The notes under the pieces are model-generated. The model ran no database searches. It was given only the letters and a program-made list of their open reading frames with translations, and was not told the origin of the DNA. The translations under genes and the position numbers were made by a program. A DNA stretch of 64,000 bases. Source: a virus. The stretch lies in the IMG/VR virus record IMGVR_UViG_3300034101_003783, positions 1 through 64,000 of that record. One strand, 5' to 3'. Below, one piece after another: positions 58,651-64,000 of the stretch (position 1 is its first letter; every line of letters begins with the position of its first letter).

Positions 58651-60158
58651 TAACAATAATATATTCAACACATAAAGATTTAGAATATAATTCTAAATTT
58701 AAACAACATCTATTACAAACATCTGGAGTTGATGGGATTCAAATATTAGAATATGTCAATTATAACAAATTTTCATTATCTCAGGTATATAATATCGGAA
58801 TTACTGAATCAATACATGATATAATTGTTTGTTGTCATAATGATATTAAATTAGAAAAAAATTGGGGTAAAAAATTATTAAAAGATTATGAAGATAATTT
58901 AGATTACGGAATAATAGGTAAAGCAGGATCTTGTTATTTCCCAAAATCTGGAATCTATTGGGAAAAACTATCTCAAACAATGGTGGGTCAAGTGTATCAT
59001 TTTCCCCCTAAACAGAAAAAATTTTTAAGTAGATATTCTCCAAAATTACCATTTCTAATACCTGTAGTTACTATTGATGGTCTTTTTATTTCTTTTAACA
59101 AAAATAAAATAAAACATAAATTTGATGAAACTTTTGGTAAATTTCATTTTTATGATCATGGATTTTGTATACCAAACTATATAGATGGAGTTAAGATTGG
59201 AGTTACTTCTTCTTTTGAAATTACTCATGAGTCTATTGGACAACCAAATAAAGAATTTTGGGAATCAAAAGATTTATTTTTAAAAAAATGGGGAGATAAA
59301 TTACCAATTGATCTTAAACCAAAATTTATATTTGCACCAAAAATAAAAAGACAAGAATTTAAAAAATTTGGTAAAGTTGCAATTATCATACCAACAAAAA
59401 ATAAATCCGAAATGTTAATTGAATGTTTAGAGTCCTATTTATTAAATTGTGATAATAATGTTTTTGATATTTTTATTGCCGATACAGGTTCATCAGAAGA
59501 GGAAAAAAATAAAATAAAATATTTTATAAAAAATTATAATAATATAAATTTAATTGAGTTTGATTACTATAATTTTGGTAAAATAAACAATGAGGTCGTA
59601 AGAAATGAAATTGGGGACTCATACGAATTTTTATTATTTTCAAATAACGATATTAAAATAATGAACGATGTTATAAGCGGCATGTTACAAATCTTTAAAG
59701 AAAATCCAAGAACAGGGACTGTTGGATGTAGGTTACACTTTGAAGACAATACTATACAACACGACGGCATTTTAATTGCAAAACATAAAAATGATAACAA
59801 ACTACATTTAGGTCATATAAATATGAAAAATTACTATAACTATTTTAACGAAACAAAAGAAGTTATTGGGAATACCGCAGGTCTAATGATGGTAAGAAAA
59901 AATGTCTTTGAAAAAGTTGGGTATTTTAATGAAAACTATGTTTCATGTTTTGAAGATGTTGAATTAAATATAAAATTAATATCTATGGGATTAAAAAATT
60001 TTATTAGTAGTAAATCTGTTGCTTACCATTATGAATCACAAACAAGAAAAGAAGATTTAGATTATGAAAAAAAATTAGTTAACGATTATAACACTACTTT
60101 ATTACCGGTACTTAAAGAAAATATAGAAAAAATAAAAGATAAAATAATTATAGTTTAA
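58647..60158 (+). CDS. Tandem two-domain GT-A glycosyltransferase
   Basis: Domain 1 YN.G, CHND, IDGLF, FHFYD; domain 2 IIIPTKN, DTGS, NND, TAG..MVRK..F..VG.F.E, EDVEL. Confidence 0.85.
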   Translation: MITIIYSTHKDLEYNSKFKQHLLQTSGVDGIQILEYVNYNKFSLSQVYNIGITESIHDIIVCCHNDIKLEKNWGKKLLKDYEDNLDYGIIGKAGSCYFPKSGIYWEKLSQTMVGQVYHFPPKQKKFLSRYSPKLPFLIPVVTIDGLFISFNKNKIKHKFDETFGKFHFYDHGFCIPNYIDGVKIGVTSSFEITHESIGQPNKEFWESKDLFLKKWGDKLPIDLKPKFIFAPKIKRQEFKKFGKVAIIIPTKNKSEMLIECLESYLLNCDNNVFDIFIADTGSSEEEKNKIKYFIKNYNNINLIEFDYYNFGKINNEVVRNEIGDSYEFLLFSNNDIKIMNDVISGMLQIFKENPRTGTVGCRLHFEDNTIQHDGILIAKHKNDNKLHLGHINMKNYYNYFNETKEVIGNTAGLMMVRKNVFEKVGYFNENYVSCFEDVELNIKLISMGLKNFISSKSVAYHYESQTRKEDLDYEKKLVNDYNTTLLPVLKENIEKIKDKIIIV

Positions 60159-60160
60159 AT

Positions 60161-60811
60161 ATGGCAAATGGAATATATAAAATAACAGAAGAGTTTGAGC
60201 AGGCACTTTCTAATTACACTTGTGCCCCTTATGTTATAACAGTTGATAATCAATCTAATGCATTATTTTTGTCGTTATATTATGAAAAAAATATAAAAAA
60301 ATCTATAGATGTAGACACAATTACAATACCATCAAGAACGTACCCATCTGTTCCTTGTGAAATAATTCATGCAGGATTAAATGTTAATTTTAAATCGGTT
60401 GAGGGTAAAACTTTAAAAGGGTCTTACAATTTAGAGGGTAGTAATGTTTGGGATTCGGCATTAAGCTTTACTTATAATATGTATAAACCAAATACACACA
60501 TGTGTGTTTCATTTACTGGCCCCTATAAGCATTTTAAATTATCAAAAGGAGGAGCAATTTTAACTGACGATCATGATGCATATCTTTGGTTTAAAAGAGC
60601 CAGATATAGTGGAAGGAGAGAATGTTCATACCATGATGATAATTTTGATATGTTAGGTTGGAACTTTTATATGATGCCTGAGTTAGCATCAAGAGGTTTG
60701 TTATTAATGAATCAATTTTATAAAGGAGAAACCCCAAAACATAATGAAGATATAGAAATGCCATATCCAGACCTATCTAAATTTGAAATTTATACGAAAA
60801 AAAATATATGA
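60161..60811 (+). CDS. Short DegT/DnrJ/EryC1/StrS-family PLP aminotransferase
   Basis: FE..L..Y, AL.L.L, TY.SV, DSA, SF...K (PLP lysine), GGAILTDD, GWNF.M. Confidence 0.8.
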   Translation: MANGIYKITEEFEQALSNYTCAPYVITVDNQSNALFLSLYYEKNIKKSIDVDTITIPSRTYPSVPCEIIHAGLNVNFKSVEGKTLKGSYNLEGSNVWDSALSFTYNMYKPNTHMCVSFTGPYKHFKLSKGGAILTDDHDAYLWFKRARYSGRRECSYHDDNFDMLGWNFYMMPELASRGLLLMNQFYKGETPKHNEDIEMPYPDLSKFEIYTKKNI

Positions 60812-61566
60812 AGACGTGTATATCAACTAGATTTGATAGATATAATATATTTTTTGATTTGTGGTTAAAAAACTATTTGAATTATAATTTAGATATTATA
60901 ATTTTTTTAGACGGAGAAGTTACTGAGATAGTAAATAAAGTTAATGAATTAAAAAATTTAGGTATTAAAATTTCAGTGATAGAGTTAAAAAATAAAGAAA
61001 ATATCTATAAAATAGATAATATAAAATTTTTTAACGGTATATTTAACATTTTATATAATGATTATAAATATGAAAAAATTATTTATATTGATCCTGACGA
61101 GTTAATATTAGTTGATGATATTAACATTATTTTAAATAACCAAGATGATTTTTTGATTTCAAAAGGATTTGAAATAATTCAATATAAAAATGAAGAGTTT
61201 TATGATTTAAATAAAAATTTTTTAGGTCAAAGAAATTTTGGTAAATGGACTCATGAATATGATAAAGTTTGCGTTTTTAAAAAAAATATTTTTCCCAAAA
61301 GTCAAGGTAGACATGGTTATAACATATCACATGGACCATCTATAATAGAAAAAAAATACATTTATTTAATTAATTTAAGAGAAATTTGTTTTTTAACTTT
61401 ATTAGAAAACAGCGAAATAAATTTAAAAAAATATGCAACAAATCATAAACATCATTCTTTAAGTTCATTTAAAGAAATAAATGATAGGATGGAAAAGTGG
61501 TATTACCCAAATTCAATAGAAATCCCAACAGATATAAAAAAAATTATTATAAAACATAGTATATGA
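60808..61566 (+). CDS. Putative glycosyltransferase, distant paralogue of 57955..58650
   Basis: YIDPDELI (DxDE), GF.I, YDK, GRH motifs in the same order as in the 231-aa GT. Confidence 0.55.
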   Translation: MKTCISTRFDRYNIFFDLWLKNYLNYNLDIIIFLDGEVTEIVNKVNELKNLGIKISVIELKNKENIYKIDNIKFFNGIFNILYNDYKYEKIIYIDPDELILVDDINIILNNQDDFLISKGFEIIQYKNEEFYDLNKNFLGQRNFGKWTHEYDKVCVFKKNIFPKSQGRHGYNISHGPSIIEKKYIYLINLREICFLTLLENSEINLKKYATNHKHHSLSSFKEINDRMEKWYYPNSIEIPTDIKKIIIKHSI

Positions 61567-62267
61567 AAAAAATAGCAATAATGCAACCTTATTTTATGCC
61601 ATACATTGGGTATTTTCAGTTGATAAATTCTGTTGATGAGTTTATAATATATGACAATATCCAATATACAAAAAAGGGTTGGATTAATAGAAATAGAATT
61701 TTATCAAATGGTTCAGATAAGATAATAACTTTACCATTAAAAAATGGGTCAACTTACTCAAATGTAGTTGAGAGGTTTGTATCAGATACTTGGGATGTAG
61801 ATAAACAAAAACTTATTACCCTAATAAATAATAGTTACAAAAAAGCTGATCATTTTTCAGAAGTTTTTGATTTAATTTATAATTGTATAAATTTTAAAGA
61901 AAATAATCTTTTTAATTTCATATATAATAGTATATCTAACATAAATGATTATTTAGATATTAAAACCCCAATAATATTGTCATCTTCATTAGATATAGAC
62001 CATAATTTAAAATCCCAAGAAAAGGTCTTAGCGATTTGTAAAAATAGAAAAACAGAAGTTTATATAAATTCAATAGGAGGAATAAATTTATATGATAAAG
62101 AAACGTTTAAAAAAAATAAAATAGACTTATTATTTATTAAGACAAATCCGATAGATTACAAACAATTTGATAATAAATTTATACCTTGGTTGTCTATAAT
62201 TGACGTACTTATGTTCAATTCAAAAGAAAAAATAAAAAATTTATTAGACGAATATACATTAACTTAA
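61563..62267 (+). CDS. WbqC-family protein (putative glycyl/aminoacyl transferase for amino-sugars)
   Basis: AIMQPYF.PYIGYFQLI, D..QY.K.GW.NRNRI, YIN..GG..LY, Y.Q....F.P.LSIID.L. Confidence 0.9.
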   Translation: MKKIAIMQPYFMPYIGYFQLINSVDEFIIYDNIQYTKKGWINRNRILSNGSDKIITLPLKNGSTYSNVVERFVSDTWDVDKQKLITLINNSYKKADHFSEVFDLIYNCINFKENNLFNFIYNSISNINDYLDIKTPIILSSSLDIDHNLKSQEKVLAICKNRKTEVYINSIGGINLYDKETFKKNKIDLLFIKTNPIDYKQFDNKFIPWLSIIDVLMFNSKEKIKNLLDEYTLT

Positions 62268-62278
62268 AAATAAAAAAA

Positions 62279-62830
62279 ATGGAACATTTTTATCAAAAAA
62301 TTCATGGGTGGTTTACATACCCTAATTTATACTTACATGCGATTGAATCTTCACCTGATAATGGTCATTTTGTTGAGGTTGGGTCATGGAAAGGAAGAAG
62401 CGCGGCTTTTATGGGAGTCGAGATTATAAAATCAGGAAAAAAAATTAAATTAGATTGTATAGATCCTTTTTTAAGTGTTGGTGATGAAATGCCTCAGTAT
62501 AAAATAACACACGAAGAACTAAAGAATGATTTTATTAATAACATGAAACCTTTAGAAAATTATTACAAATTATATACAACAGGTTCTCCAGAGATAACTA
62601 AAATTTACGAAGACAAATCTTTAGACTTTGTCTTTATTGATGGAAGTCATAAATATGATGATGTTGTAAACGACATTAAGGCTTGGTTACCTAAAATTAA
62701 ACATGGAGGTATTTTAGCGGGTCATGACTATATTGATTTTGATGATGTGAAAAGAGCCGTTCATGATGTTTTAGGTGAGAAAGATTATTCTGATCCTTGG
62801 GGTAATAGGTGTTGGATATTAAATTGTTAG
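62279..62830 (+). CDS. Class I SAM-dependent methyltransferase (Methyltransf_24 type)
   Basis: VEVGSWKGRS, ID.F, DFVFIDGSH.Y..V..D, GG.LAGHDY. Confidence 0.88.
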   Translation: MEHFYQKIHGWFTYPNLYLHAIESSPDNGHFVEVGSWKGRSAAFMGVEIIKSGKKIKLDCIDPFLSVGDEMPQYKITHEELKNDFINNMKPLENYYKLYTTGSPEITKIYEDKSLDFVFIDGSHKYDDVVNDIKAWLPKIKHGGILAGHDYIDFDDVKRAVHDVLGEKDYSDPWGNRCWILNC

Positions 62831-62835
62831 TAAAT

Positions 62836-63798
62836 ATGAAATGGAAAAAATTAGGACATATTTTTGATCCCACAACTTGGGATGATGGTATTGATAGGCC
62901 TTGGATGAAAAGTCATTCACAATGTACTCATTCATTAATATTAGACAATATTGTTAGAATTTATTTTTCTTGTAGACCTGAAAATGATGTAAATGGGTTT
63001 GCTAAATCTTATACAACATTTTTAGATTTGGATAAAAACGATTTGACAAAAATCGTAAGAGTTTCGGATAAACCAATACTACCTTTGGGTGATTTAGGTA
63101 CTTTTGATGAATTTGCGGTTTATCCTTCTTGTAATATAAAACATAAAAACAAAATTTTATTTTACTATGCTGGCTGGTCAAGGTGTCAATCTGTACCTTT
63201 TAACACCTCTATAGGATTAGCAATAAGTGAAGATAATGGAGAAACGTTTAAACGAATAGGAAAAGGACCAATACTTTCTGCGAGTGTTAATGAACCTTTT
63301 GTTTTAAGCGGACCAAAAGTTAGGATATTCAACGACAAGTGGTACATGTTTTATTTATCAGGAACAAAATGGATTGATTATAATGGTAAACCAGAAATAA
63401 TATATAAAAATAAATTGGCCTTTTCAGATGACGGTATTAATTGGGTTAAATATAATAAAAATATTATTCCTGATGTTTTAGATGAGAATGAATGTCAAGC
63501 AGGACCCGATGTATTTTTCAAAGACGGTTTATATCACATGTACTTTGTTTATAGGGAAGGTTTAGATTTTAGAACAAAAGAAGGTAGAGGTTATAAAATA
63601 GGTTACGCAACATCATTAGATTTATTAAACTGGGATCGTAAAGATAATGAGTCAGGAATTACATATTCAGAACATGGTTGGGATAGTAAAATGCATCATT
63701 ACCCTCATGTCTTTAATATTGGGAAAGAGTATTATATGACATATAATGGAAATGATTTTGGTAGGTATGGATTTGGGATTGCTAAATTAGAAAAATGA
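62836..63798 (+). CDS. Five-bladed beta-propeller glycoside hydrolase-like protein (GH32/43/130 clan type); likely start MKWKKLG
   Basis: Repeated Asp-box-like S.DNG..F, SDDGINW, S.DL.NW; GTFD, WDS.M.YP, YNGN.FG..G.G.A. Confidence 0.75.
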   Translation: MKWKKLGHIFDPTTWDDGIDRPWMKSHSQCTHSLILDNIVRIYFSCRPENDVNGFAKSYTTFLDLDKNDLTKIVRVSDKPILPLGDLGTFDEFAVYPSCNIKHKNKILFYYAGWSRCQSVPFNTSIGLAISEDNGETFKRIGKGPILSASVNEPFVLSGPKVRIFNDKWYMFYLSGTKWIDYNGKPEIIYKNKLAFSDDGINWVKYNKNIIPDVLDENECQAGPDVFFKDGLYHMYFVYREGLDFRTKEGRGYKIGYATSLDLLNWDRKDNESGITYSEHGWDSKMHHYPHVFNIGKEYYMTYNGNDFGRYGFGIAKLEK

Positions 63799-64000
63799 AT
63801 ATAGAATATAAAATAAATAACTCAACTATAGAGGACATAGTTTATCACCTAACTAATTGTTCTAAACTTTTTGTTCCCGAACTTAACACTTATGTTAATA
63901 TTTTAGAATATTCTAATAAAATTTTTAATAAAAGTGTGAGGTTTGAAGCATATAATGACGGAAATCTAATTGGGTTATTGGCATTATATATTAATGAAGA
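63795..64000 (+). CDS. Partial GNAT-family acetyltransferase (runs off right edge)
   Basis: Manual translation MNIEYKINNSTIEDIVYHLTNCSKLFVPELNTYVNILEYSNKIFNKSVRFEAYNDGNLIGLLALYINE...; ATGA overlap with the upstream gene. Confidence 0.6.
   Translation, partial: MNIEYKINNSTIEDIVYHLTNCSKLFVPELNTYVNILEYSNKIFNKSVRFEAYNDGNLIGLLALYINE

Noticed and set aside
1-64000. Stop-codon reassignment (seen in some large phages)
   Set aside because: Genes are full length and densely packed in code 11; TAG (recA-like) and TGA (sheath) act as real stops
1-64000. tRNA/rRNA genes, IS elements, integrase, capsid/portal/terminase genes
   Set aside because: None recognised; intergenic gaps are short and AT-rich, and head genes presumably lie outside the window

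Overview
A 64 kb segment of a very AT-rich, gene-dense dsDNA phage genome, read in standard code 11. It is most likely a large or jumbo myovirus. The A-rich, SD-less start contexts point to a Bacteroidota host (inference). From left to right: a replication block (class II RNR, DnaB-like helicase, 5'-3' exonuclease, RecA/UvsX, gp32-like SSB); a contractile tail module (hub, LysM wedge, tube-initiator, tape measure, chaperone, tube, sheath, neck/terminator proteins); a SNF2 helicase; a three-domain HEXXH-SOD-nuclease-like protein; a family B DNA polymerase; a fibre/appendage module; probable head-internal proteins with a WYL protein; and a sugar-modification cluster that runs off the right edge. 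The main candidate novel system is phage-encoded mucin-type protein O-glycosylation. A GT60-type polypeptide HexNAc transferase, a GT25 and an HtrL/GT fusion sit inside the virion fibre block, among structural proteins with Thr/Pro-rich and Cys-rich tracts; a similar tract is inserted in the tail sheath. A second cluster (GTs, DegT, WbqC, methyltransferase, GNAT) could supply decorated amino-sugars. Other hidden signals are a +1/-2 frameshift extension of the tail chaperone, a recurring TATTTAT upstream element, and a shared N-terminal module in two fibre proteins. No tRNA, CRISPR array, intein or IS was seen. All family assignments come from motif recognition by eye, not database searches.
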